Part shown: positions 40,182-48,880 of the stretch, piece by piece
How the letters are laid out: each line of letters begins with the position of its first letter
Position numbering within the stretch: the stretch's first letter is position 1
Assembly: GCA_943356445.1 (NCBI GenBank)
Contig: CALREZ010000001.1
Location: 15,818 to 79,817 of the forward strand
Direction of reading: 5' to 3'
Origin: Candidatus Nomurabacteria bacterium
GTDB taxonomy: Bacteria > Patescibacteriota > Minisyncoccia > Phycocordibacterales > CAIJYI01
DNA length: 64,000 nucleotides
The notes under the pieces: model-generated
What the model was told of the DNA's origin: nothing
Seen by the model: only the letters and a program-made list of their open reading frames with translations
Database searches by the model: none
Position numbers and translations under genes: made by a program

Positions 40182-41642
40182 ATGCTTTTTAATTCATTTT
40201 CATATTTGATATTTTTCCCTCTGGTCTTTGCTGCATTCTTTTCTGTCCCCAAACGTTTCCAGACCAGCGTTCTTCTCCTCTCAAGCTGTGTTTTCTACAT
40301 GGCCTTCGTTCCGAAATATATCCTCATTCTTTTCTTCCTCATCACCGTTGATTTTTTTGCCGCTCAGGCCATTGAAAAAAGAGAAGGCATTGAACGGAAA
40401 AGATTTCTCCAGCTTTCCATTTTTGCGAATATCGGCACGCTTTTTGTTTTTAAATACTTCAATTTTTTCAACATAAATATCGCCTCCCTCGCCGGTTTTC
40501 TGCACTGGAACTATTCTCCGTTTCTTTTGACCATCATTCTGCCTCTCGGTCTCTCTTTTCATGTCTTTCAAAGCTTGAGCTATGTCATAGAAGTATACCG
40601 GAAAAAATATGCCCCGGAGAAAAATTATTTGACCTATGCTCTCTATGTCATGTTTTTCCCTCAGTTGGTTGCCGGGCCGATAGAACGGCCTCAGAATCTT
40701 TTGCCTCAATTCCATGTTTTTCATGATTTTGATCCGGTAAACGCAAGAAAGGGGTTGGAAAGGATGCTGTGGGGATTTTTTAAGAAACTGGTTATTGCGG
40801 ATCAGCTGGCTCTTGTTGTGAATGCGATGTTTGCGCATCTTCCTTCCGACGGGGTGGCTCTTCTCATCATGATGTTTTTTTTCTCCTATCAGATCTATTG
40901 TGATTTTTCAGGTTACTCTGATATCGCCATCGGCTCCGCTCTCGTGCTCGGATATGACCTTTCCGAGAACTTCAACCGCCCCTACGCTTCGCGTTCCATT
41001 GCCGAGTTTTGGAGGAGATGGCACATGTCGTTGTCCGGATGGCTTCGCGACTATTTGTATATTCCTCTTGGTGGAAATCGGGTTTCAACAAAGCTTCGCT
41101 GGTATTTTAATATCATGACGACATTCGTTCTTATCGGTCTTTGGCACGGAGCGAACTGGACGTTCGTGGCTTTTGGGGCTTTGCATGGAGTTTATCGTGT
41201 TGTTGGAGAGATAACGAAACAAACAAGAGAGAAGATATGGAAGATTCTCGGGACTCCAAGAAAAATCCAATCCGTGGCGCAAACACTTATTACTTTTTTT
41301 CTCGTTCTTATCGGTTGGATATTTTTCCGCGCTCAAAACATTTCTCAAGCAGGGCAGATCTTCTCGGGTATTGCTGTTGGAATCGGTAATTTCTTTGATA
41401 TGAATTACTTACGGTTTAAGCTTGGAAGGGGTCTTGGAATCGGAGGAACACAGCACGTATTTGCTTATGCCATGGTAATAGTGATGGAGATCGTTCAGTA
41501 TTTTCAGACACGGAAAAACACTTTCTATATTTTTGACAGCCAGCCGAGAGTTATCAGATACGGATGGTATTATCTGATCGCTCTGATTATCTTGTTTTCG
41601 GGGTATTTTGGGGAAACTGCCTTTATCTATTTTCAATTCTAA
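40182..41642 (+). CDS. MBOAT family O-acyltransferase (DltB/AlgI-like)
   Basis: 486 aa polytopic protein. N-terminal MLFNSFSYLIFFP and the conserved MBOAT His region RRWHMSLSGWLRDYLYIPLGGNR. Confidence 0.85.
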   Translation: MLFNSFSYLIFFPLVFAAFFSVPKRFQTSVLLLSSCVFYMAFVPKYILILFFLITVDFFAAQAIEKREGIERKRFLQLSIFANIGTLFVFKYFNFFNINIASLAGFLHWNYSPFLLTIILPLGLSFHVFQSLSYVIEVYRKKYAPEKNYLTYALYVMFFPQLVAGPIERPQNLLPQFHVFHDFDPVNARKGLERMLWGFFKKLVIADQLALVVNAMFAHLPSDGVALLIMMFFFSYQIYCDFSGYSDIAIGSALVLGYDLSENFNRPYASRSIAEFWRRWHMSLSGWLRDYLYIPLGGNRVSTKLRWYFNIMTTFVLIGLWHGANWTFVAFGALHGVYRVVGEITKQTREKIWKILGTPRKIQSVAQTLITFFLVLIGWIFFRAQNISQAGQIFSGIAVGIGNFFDMNYLRFKLGRGLGIGGTQHVFAYAMVIVMEIVQYFQTRKNTFYIFDSQPRVIRYGWYYLIALIILFSGYFGETAFIYFQF

Positions 41643-41644
41643 AC

Positions 41645-42775
41645 ATGTCGCATTTCTTAAAAAAATTCTTTCTTTTTTTAGCTCCGTTTGGCTTAATATT
41701 TATTTTGCCGATTACCGTATTTCTGCTAAGCCGAGAATATTATACGATAGACCGCGCTCTTCTCGTGGAGAAAGAACATCCGAACGCGGTGATAGGGCTT
41801 GCTTATAGCAATATATCCGGGCTTAAGAATGCGCTTGTCGCAAAGAACAATCCGACCGTGTTTGCGCTCGGGACTTCCCGTACGGGACAATTCAGAAAAG
41901 AATTTTTTACGGCATCGTCCACATTTGTTACGGCAAGCAATTCCGTGGTGAGCATTGACGGGATGAAAAAATTTATTGAGGAACTTCCCGACGACAATAA
42001 AACTGAAATTGTTATACTCGGTTTGGATCCGAATATGTTTTTGCCGTCATACCTTCATGAGTATCCGTCCGAAACAGATTATGAAAGGTTGAAAGATTTG
42101 TTCTTGGGAAGGTGGAGGAATTTTTATATCGCTTACTTTTCAGGAAGATTTTCCATCAAAGAATTGTGGATTCGCTCGGGGCAGACGGAAAGCATCGGGT
42201 TAACCGGCATTATGAGGGAAGAAGGGTTTCGTCCCGATGGCAGCTATCAATACCGGAAAAAACTTTCAGAACCGAATCGCGAGGAACTTTTGAAATCAGA
42301 TATGGATACTTCCATTTCTTTACTCAGAGCGAACAGGAGCAATCCATATTATAATCAATACAGCGACCCTTTCTCAAAAGACGTGATTTTGTCTCTTGAT
42401 GAGCTTTTAACGCTTTGCCAAAAGAAGCATCTCTATGTGGTCGCATATATTCCTCCTTTTCCACCGCTTGTGTATCAGGAACTCATTCGTTTGCCTGACG
42501 GACAAAAAGAAAATGTATTGCAGCTGCCAGCGGCCCTCAGAGAAACTCTTTCCCGACACGATTTTGACTTTTACGATTTTTCCGACAGTACTATTCTCGG
42601 AAAACACGATAACGAATTTATAGATCCGTCGCATGGAACCGATAAGTATTACCTGCGGATGATTTTATATATGGCTGAAAGAAATAAGAGGTTGTCGGAG
42701 TATGTTGATATTCCGAAAGATAACAAACTGTTGCAAAACGCGAACAAAGATTATTTGGATGATGTTCTTAAATAA
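41645..42775 (+). CDS. putative MBOAT partner protein (DltD/AlgJ-like, N-terminal membrane anchor)
   Basis: Start at ATG 41645 (MSHFLKK) after the MBOAT stop. Single N-terminal TM, FALGTSRTGQ and DPSHGTD SGNH-like blocks. Assignment rests on context. Confidence 0.45.
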   Translation: MSHFLKKFFLFLAPFGLIFILPITVFLLSREYYTIDRALLVEKEHPNAVIGLAYSNISGLKNALVAKNNPTVFALGTSRTGQFRKEFFTASSTFVTASNSVVSIDGMKKFIEELPDDNKTEIVILGLDPNMFLPSYLHEYPSETDYERLKDLFLGRWRNFYIAYFSGRFSIKELWIRSGQTESIGLTGIMREEGFRPDGSYQYRKKLSEPNREELLKSDMDTSISLLRANRSNPYYNQYSDPFSKDVILSLDELLTLCQKKHLYVVAYIPPFPPLVYQELIRLPDGQKENVLQLPAALRETLSRHDFDFYDFSDSTILGKHDNEFIDPSHGTDKYYLRMILYMAERNKRLSEYVDIPKDNKLLQNANKDYLDDVLK

Positions 42776-42789
42776 TAGGGAATAAAATT

Positions 42790-43725
42790 TTATTCAGCCC
42801 GACTTTCTTTGAACCAGGCGTATGACATTTTTATTCCTTTTTCCAGAGGAACTTTATGCTTCCAGCCAAGAGTATGAAGTTTTGAAACGTCTAACCATTT
42901 TCGGGGTGTGCCGTCGGGCTTGCTTTTATCCCAGACGAGTTTTCCGGCGAAGCCGACAGTCTTTTTCGCGAGTTCGGCGAGTTCTTTAATGGAGCAATCT
43001 TCACCTGTGCCGATGTTTATTGTTTCCGAACCGTCATATTTGTTCATCAGAAAGATACAGGCATTGGCAAGATCATCAATGTACAAAAACTCGCGTTTTG
43101 GTTTTCCGCTTCCCCACATAATGACTTCCTTTGCTTGATTCTTTTTTGCTTCGTGAAGTTTGCGCAGCATCGCAGGAAGGACGTGGGAATTTTCAAGGTC
43201 AAAATTATCATTCGGACCGTAGAGGTTTGTGGGCATGACGGAAATGAAATTCGTTCCGTATTGTTTGTTGTAGGATTCGCACATTATCATGCCGGCAATT
43301 TTTGAAATGGCGTATGCTTTATTGGTTGGTTCAAGATAACCGCTTAAAAGATATTCTTCTTTTATCGGTTGCGGGCAGTTTCTCGGATAAATGCAGGAAC
43401 TGCCGAGGAAGAGAAGCTTTTTTACTTTAGAGAGATACGCATTGTGAATAACATTGTTTTGAATCTGAAGATTTGAATAGGCAAAATCCGCCGGATAGGT
43501 TTTGTTGGCAATAATTCCTCCGACTTTGGCGGCGGCGAGGAAAACATACTCCGGTTTTTCTTGAGCGAAGAACTTCTCAACCGCTTTTTGGTCAAGCAAA
43601 TCCAGTTCTTTTCTTGTTTTTAAAACAAGGTTGTTATATCCCTTTTTTTGCAGAGCTCTGACGATTGAGCTTCCGACGAGTCCTTTGTGTCCGGCGACGT
43701 AGATCTTTGAATCTTTTTTCATCAT
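42790..43725 (-). CDS. fcl: GDP-L-fucose synthase
   Basis: 311 aa. [19 protein letters not shown] and YAISKIAG (YxxxK) match the Fcl/WcaG family. Confidence 0.9.
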   Translation of the reverse strand: MMKKDSKIYVAGHKGLVGSSIVRALQKKGYNNLVLKTRKELDLLDQKAVEKFFAQEKPEYVFLAAAKVGGIIANKTYPADFAYSNLQIQNNVIHNAYLSKVKKLLFLGSSCIYPRNCPQPIKEEYLLSGYLEPTNKAYAISKIAGMIMCESYNKQYGTNFISVMPTNLYGPNDNFDLENSHVLPAMLRKLHEAKKNQAKEVIMWGSGKPKREFLYIDDLANACIFLMNKYDGSETINIGTGEDCSIKELAELAKKTVGFAGKLVWDKSKPDGTPRKWLDVSKLHTLGWKHKVPLEKGIKMSYAWFKESRAE

Positions 43726-43751
43726 AGAGATTTATGGTGCTTTGCTGTTAT

Positions 43752-44798
43752 TTATTCTGCGGTTTTTTCGGCTTCGTAATCGCTTTCGGCCATGAGTTTG
43801 GCGAGTTTTTTGAAAGTGGTTGAAGGTTTCCATCCGAGAGCTTTTTTGGCTTTGGCATAATCTCCCAAAAGGACATCCACTTCCGCGGGGCGGAAATAGG
43901 CGGGATCAATTTCAATCAGCACTTTTTTTGTTTTTTTATCAATGCCTTTTTCTTTGAGACCTTTTCCTTGCCAGACGATTTCAAAGTCAAAAGTTTTTGC
44001 CGCTTCTTCCGCGAATTCTCTTATGGAGTGTGTTTCTCCCGTAGCAAGGACAAAGTCATCCGGCGTCTTATGCTGGAGCATACGCCACATTCCTTCCACA
44101 TAATCTCTGGCATACCCCCAATCTCTTTTTGCGTCTAAATTTCCCAAGAAAAGTTTGTCTTGTTTCCCGAGTTTTATCCGCGCCAATCCCTGCGTTATTT
44201 TTCTCGTAACGAATGTTTCTCCTCGGCGGGGCGATTCATGATTAAAAAGAATTCCATTGGATGCGAACATCCCGTAACTTTCGCGGTAGTTTTTGGTAAT
44301 CCAATAGGCGTAGACTTTGGCGCAGCCGTAAGGAGAGCGCGGGTGGAAGTGTGAAGTTTCTCGGAGGGGGAGTTCTTCGGCCTTTCCGAACATCTCACTG
44401 GAAGAGGCTTGGTAGAATCTTGTTTTTGCTCCGAATTTTCGTATGGCATCAAGGAGGCGAAGCGTTCCCGTGCCGGTTACATCCGTGGTGTATTCGGGTG
44501 TGTCAAAACTGGCTCGTACGTGGCTTTGAGCGCCGAGATTGTAGAGCTCGTCAGGCTGCGTCTTTTCTATGAGTCGATTGATGTTGCTGGCATCGGAAAG
44601 ATCTCCGAAATGCAAAAAAAGCGCCCGATCCTCTTTCTGCGGATCCTGATACAGATGATCAAGACGGTGCGTATTGATAGTGCTTGCTCGGCGGATAATG
44701 CCGTGAACTTCATATCCTTTTTCCAGAAGCAATTCTGCCAAGTAGGATCCGTCTTGTCCGGTGATTCCGGTGATGAGCGCTTTTTTAGGTGTTTTCAT
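43752..44798 (-). CDS. gmd: GDP-mannose 4,6-dehydratase
   Basis: 348 aa. [34 protein letters not shown] is the classic Gmd N-terminus. Confidence 0.9.
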   Translation of the reverse strand: MKTPKKALITGITGQDGSYLAELLLEKGYEVHGIIRRASTINTHRLDHLYQDPQKEDRALFLHFGDLSDASNINRLIEKTQPDELYNLGAQSHVRASFDTPEYTTDVTGTGTLRLLDAIRKFGAKTRFYQASSSEMFGKAEELPLRETSHFHPRSPYGCAKVYAYWITKNYRESYGMFASNGILFNHESPRRGETFVTRKITQGLARIKLGKQDKLFLGNLDAKRDWGYARDYVEGMWRMLQHKTPDDFVLATGETHSIREFAEEAAKTFDFEIVWQGKGLKEKGIDKKTKKVLIEIDPAYFRPAEVDVLLGDYAKAKKALGWKPSTTFKKLAKLMAESDYEAEKTAE

Positions 44799-44939
44799 TT
44801 TTTTATGATCTGAAATTCCATTCTGACATTTTTTTATTTGTTTGAAAACATTGACACGGTGAGATTAATCGGTCTTTGTAACCGGACGTTGTTTTTATCT
44901 GTTGCAATAGGAGTCCATTAAAAGTATTATACGATACCT

Positions 44940-46319
44940 ATGAACTCTGTTATTTTATGCGGCGGATCGGGAACAAGGCTCTGGCCCCTTTCGCGAAAAA
45001 ATTATCCGAAGCAGTTTTTAAATCTCTATAGCGACAAATCTCTTTTGCAGGAGACGTTTTTACGCATGCGCCGGATCATGCCGGATGAAAATATCTTTTT
45101 CGTTACGAACAAAGATAATTATTACAACGTGTTCAACCAGATAAAAGAAATTTTTCCGACATTCAGCGAAGATAATATCATTCTGGAACCGACGGCGCGC
45201 AACACGCTTCCGGCCGTCGCTTTGGCGGTGAAATACTTGAGGGAAAAGAAAAAAATACCGGCAACCGAGCCGATACTTTTTGCTCCCGCCGATCATTGCA
45301 TTCTTGACGGCGAAGCATTCGCCAAAGTGGTAAAGAAAATGGGCAAGGATGTCGGTGATCATATCGGCACTATCGGCATTGTTCCCCTTAAACCGGAAAC
45401 GGGCTACGGCTATATCCAAAAAGGAAAAAAACACGGCAGTTTTTTTGACGTTGTTTCTTTTAAGGAAAAACCGAACAAGACGACAGCGGAAGAATATCTT
45501 GCTTCGGGCGAGTATCTTTGGAACTCGGGCCTGTATATGTTTAATGCCAAAACTTTTGTTTCTGCCCTTAAAAAACATGTTCCCGAAACGGCGAAGGCGT
45601 ATGAAGAAAAATGGGAAAGATTTATAGAACATTTTTCCGAACTCCAAAAAATTTCCATAGACAATGGCATCTCCGAAAAATCGGACAAGATAATTCTTTT
45701 TGAGGGGGATTTCGGGTGGAGCGATATCGGTTCTTTTGACAGCCTTGCGGAAGCGTCGGAGAAAAACAAAAAACATTCTTCGCGCCACGCGAGCGTTGAT
45801 TCCAAAAACATATTCGTTCATACGACGAGCAACCGGCTTATCGCGACCCTCGGCGTTGAGGACTTGGTTATCATTGAAAACAACGACAGTATTCTTATCC
45901 ATAAAAGGGGAAGAAGCGAGGACGTGAAAAAAATGCTCGCGCATTTGGAAGAGAAAAAATATCCCGAGGTAGAGCACAACATTCTGGTTCACCGACCGTG
46001 GGGAAAATATGAGGTGCTGATAGACAATCCTTTGTATAAAGTGAAAAAAATCACCGTGTATCCGGGAGCGAAACTCTCTTATCAATCACATGAACACCGT
46101 TCCGAACACTGGGTTGTCGTGGAGGGCGTAGCGACCGCGACGGTGGGAAACGAAGAAATTCCGCTTCATAAAAATCAGAGCACGTTTATTCCGGCTCAGA
46201 CAAAACATCGTTTGGCGAATTTCGGGAAAATAAATTTGAAGATTATTGAGGTTCAAACGGGGACGTACTTCGGAGAGGATGATATCAAACGGTACGACGA
46301 CATCTATAAACGAATCTAA
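44940..46319 (+). CDS. manC: mannose-1-phosphate guanylyltransferase / mannose-6-phosphate isomerase (type II PMI)
   Basis: 459 aa. N-terminal ILCGGSGTRLWPLSR nucleotidyltransferase and a C-terminal cupin with a QSHEHRSEHWVVVEG motif. Confidence 0.9.
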   Translation: MNSVILCGGSGTRLWPLSRKNYPKQFLNLYSDKSLLQETFLRMRRIMPDENIFFVTNKDNYYNVFNQIKEIFPTFSEDNIILEPTARNTLPAVALAVKYLREKKKIPATEPILFAPADHCILDGEAFAKVVKKMGKDVGDHIGTIGIVPLKPETGYGYIQKGKKHGSFFDVVSFKEKPNKTTAEEYLASGEYLWNSGLYMFNAKTFVSALKKHVPETAKAYEEKWERFIEHFSELQKISIDNGISEKSDKIILFEGDFGWSDIGSFDSLAEASEKNKKHSSRHASVDSKNIFVHTTSNRLIATLGVEDLVIIENNDSILIHKRGRSEDVKKMLAHLEEKKYPEVEHNILVHRPWGKYEVLIDNPLYKVKKITVYPGAKLSYQSHEHRSEHWVVVEGVATATVGNEEIPLHKNQSTFIPAQTKHRLANFGKINLKIIEVQTGTYFGEDDIKRYDDIYKRI

Positions 46320-46387
46320 AACGTTTTTTCAATCGGCTTTACTTATGATATATTTGAAAGGGAAGGCGGACAGCCTTTCCTTTTTTC

Positions 46388-47884
46388 ATGCTTTTCAATT
46401 CGTTTTCTTTTCTCATCTTCTTTCCGGTTGTTACCGCCGGATATTTTCTTGCTCCGCACAAATATCGCTGGGCGTTTCTTCTTGCGGCGAGTTGTGTTTT
46501 TTACATGGCTTTTATTCCGTACTATATACTGATACTTTTTACCGCCATCGGAATTGACTATTATGCGGGCATAAAAATTGAAGATACGGAAGACGTGAAA
46601 AAGAGAAAAACGTATTTGATTTTAAGCGTGGTCAGCACTTCGCTTCTGCTTATCCTTTTCAAGTACTTTAATTTTTTCAATGCCAATTTTAAAGAAATAG
46701 CGAGTTTTCTGCATTGGAATTATTCCATTGGTTTTTTGAGTATCGCTTTGCCGATAGGGCTTTCTTTTCATACGTTTCAAAGTTTGAGTTATGTTATTGA
46801 GGTATATCGTCGGAAGCAGAAAGCCGAACGACACCTCGGCATTTATTCGCTCTATGTCATGTTCTATCCGCAATTGGTTGCGGGGCCGATTGAACGTCCT
46901 CAGAATTTGCTTCACCAATTCCGCGAAAGGCATGAATTTGATTACCTGAGATTAAGAGCGGGGCTTCAACGGATGCTGTGGGGATTTTTCAAAAAAGCGG
47001 TAATCGCGGATAATCTCGCCATGTACGTCGGTCTTGTTTTTGGAAACCCGCATCATTATTCCGGAGCTCCTCTTTTGCTTGCTTCGGTATTTTTCGCTTT
47101 TCAGATATATTGCGATTTCTCCGGCTATTCCGATATCGCTCTCGGTTCGGCGAAGGTTATGGGTTTTGATCTCATGGAAAATTTTAAAGTCCCGTATGGC
47201 GCAACGACCGTAACGGAATTTTGGAGAAGATGGCATATCTCGCTTTCTTCGTGGATACGCGATTATATTTTCTTCCCGCTTTCCATGGGATGGAGGAAAA
47301 TGGGGAAGCTCGGCATCGTGTGCGCCACGTTGGTTACGTTTGCTTTTGCCGGACTGTGGCATGGGGCGAGCTGGCTGTTTGTTTTCTTTGGTTTGCTTCA
47401 TGGATTCGTTCTTTCTCTTGAACTTCTTACTTCTCGGTGGAGAAATAAAATATCGTCATTTTTTCCGGACATATGTTCAAATATATTTGGCAGGCTCTAC
47501 GTCTTTTCTTTTTGGACAGCCTCGCTTGTTTTTTTTCGGGCGGGAACCTTTGCTGATGCGCTCTATATAGTATCTCGTTTTCCTTCGGGGATTTCCGAGT
47601 TTGGCCGAACCGTGGGGACGGCTCTTTTTCAGATGAGCGTTGCTCCTTTCCGAATGCTTTTTTCCACACTCCAACTGTACTATGGAAATTTGAGGTTCTC
47701 TTTTCTTTTGGGATTGGTGCTGGTCGTTATTGTTTCTGAAATACTGGAGTATAAAATAGGACTTTTTGTTTTACTCAACAAAATCCCCAAGATTTTCAGA
47801 TGGATATGGTATGTTGTTTTGGTTCTCTCCATAATGAATCTGGGGGTAACTACCGAAGTGCTGTTTATTTATTTTCAATTCTAA
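46388..47884 (+). CDS. MBOAT family O-acyltransferase (paralog of 40182..41642)
   Basis: 498 aa. About 55-60% identical to the other MBOAT by eye (MLFNSFSFLIFFP ... RRWHISLSSWIRDYIFFPL ... IYFQF). Confidence 0.85.
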   Translation: MLFNSFSFLIFFPVVTAGYFLAPHKYRWAFLLAASCVFYMAFIPYYILILFTAIGIDYYAGIKIEDTEDVKKRKTYLILSVVSTSLLLILFKYFNFFNANFKEIASFLHWNYSIGFLSIALPIGLSFHTFQSLSYVIEVYRRKQKAERHLGIYSLYVMFYPQLVAGPIERPQNLLHQFRERHEFDYLRLRAGLQRMLWGFFKKAVIADNLAMYVGLVFGNPHHYSGAPLLLASVFFAFQIYCDFSGYSDIALGSAKVMGFDLMENFKVPYGATTVTEFWRRWHISLSSWIRDYIFFPLSMGWRKMGKLGIVCATLVTFAFAGLWHGASWLFVFFGLLHGFVLSLELLTSRWRNKISSFFPDICSNIFGRLYVFSFWTASLVFFRAGTFADALYIVSRFPSGISEFGRTVGTALFQMSVAPFRMLFSTLQLYYGNLRFSFLLGLVLVVIVSEILEYKIGLFVLLNKIPKIFRWIWYVVLVLSIMNLGVTTEVLFIYFQF

Positions 47885-47885
47885 T

Positions 47886-48824
47886 ATGAAAATTTTTTGG
47901 AGCTGGACAGTATTTTTCATCATCATTTTTCTTTCGCAGATCGCGATCTCTCATTTTATTACCGAACCGTGGGGAGCGAGAACCCTTTCTGAAACCCTTG
48001 ATAAAGGATATGACGTCTTGTACTTCGGAGACAGTACGGTTGACGCTTCGGCCGATACGGATACTGACAAAGCTCCGATCACCGAAATGCTCAGACGTTT
48101 AAAACCGGAGCTTTCCATCGCCGACCTTTCCCGCAGTTCCAATCATCTGGGTCTCTATGAAGCCATGGTTGGGCAGATCGCAAAATCCGGAAAAAAGCCC
48201 GTCATAATCATACCCATCAATATGAGAAGCTTTTCCCCGTGGTACGACAAGCGGCCGGAATTTCAGTTTGAAAAGGAGATATTTTATCTGACGGCGCCGT
48301 CTCCTCTTATTGCTTGTTTTTACAAACCGCTTGCCGTATTTCGCGCGATAAATGTTAACGCCGTAACTTTTTCCGAGTTTTATCAGACGCCGGTTTATCG
48401 GGGAAAAAAGCAGATTGGCATTGTCGCAGATTTTAATGACACGGTTCTCGCGACAACAACGCCGGAAAATATCAAAACGAGTTTTATGCTCGGGTATATG
48501 TTTGATCTTGATGCAAAGCATCGAAAGCTTGATTCGTTGCGAAACATTATTGACCAAGCTGACCGATCGGGTATAAAAATATATTTTTATATTACCCCGA
48601 TAAATCACGAGCAGGGAGAAAAATTTTACGGAAAAGAATTCAAAGAACAAATGGAGAAGAATACCGATACCGTTTGCGCCATTCTCAAAGAGAAAAAACA
48701 TTCTTGCTTGAATCTCGCTTTTTCCGTTGATCCGAGCTATTTCCAGTCACCCGTTCTCCCGAGCGAACATCTCAATGAAAAGGGAAGAATGTTTGTGGCT
48801 GAAGAGGTTGCCAAAATGCTTTAG
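47886..48824 (+). CDS. putative MBOAT partner protein, SGNH-like
   Basis: 312 aa. N-terminal TM, VLYFGDSTVD (block I GDS) and a PSEHLNEKG region; directly follows the MBOAT gene. Confidence 0.45.
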   Translation: MKIFWSWTVFFIIIFLSQIAISHFITEPWGARTLSETLDKGYDVLYFGDSTVDASADTDTDKAPITEMLRRLKPELSIADLSRSSNHLGLYEAMVGQIAKSGKKPVIIIPINMRSFSPWYDKRPEFQFEKEIFYLTAPSPLIACFYKPLAVFRAINVNAVTFSEFYQTPVYRGKKQIGIVADFNDTVLATTTPENIKTSFMLGYMFDLDAKHRKLDSLRNIIDQADRSGIKIYFYITPINHEQGEKFYGKEFKEQMEKNTDTVCAILKEKKHSCLNLAFSVDPSYFQSPVLPSEHLNEKGRMFVAEEVAKML

Positions 48825-48880
48825 AGGAAGTTTGTCTATGATTCTTTTTTATTTAATAAAGTTGGTGTACTATAGAGGCT

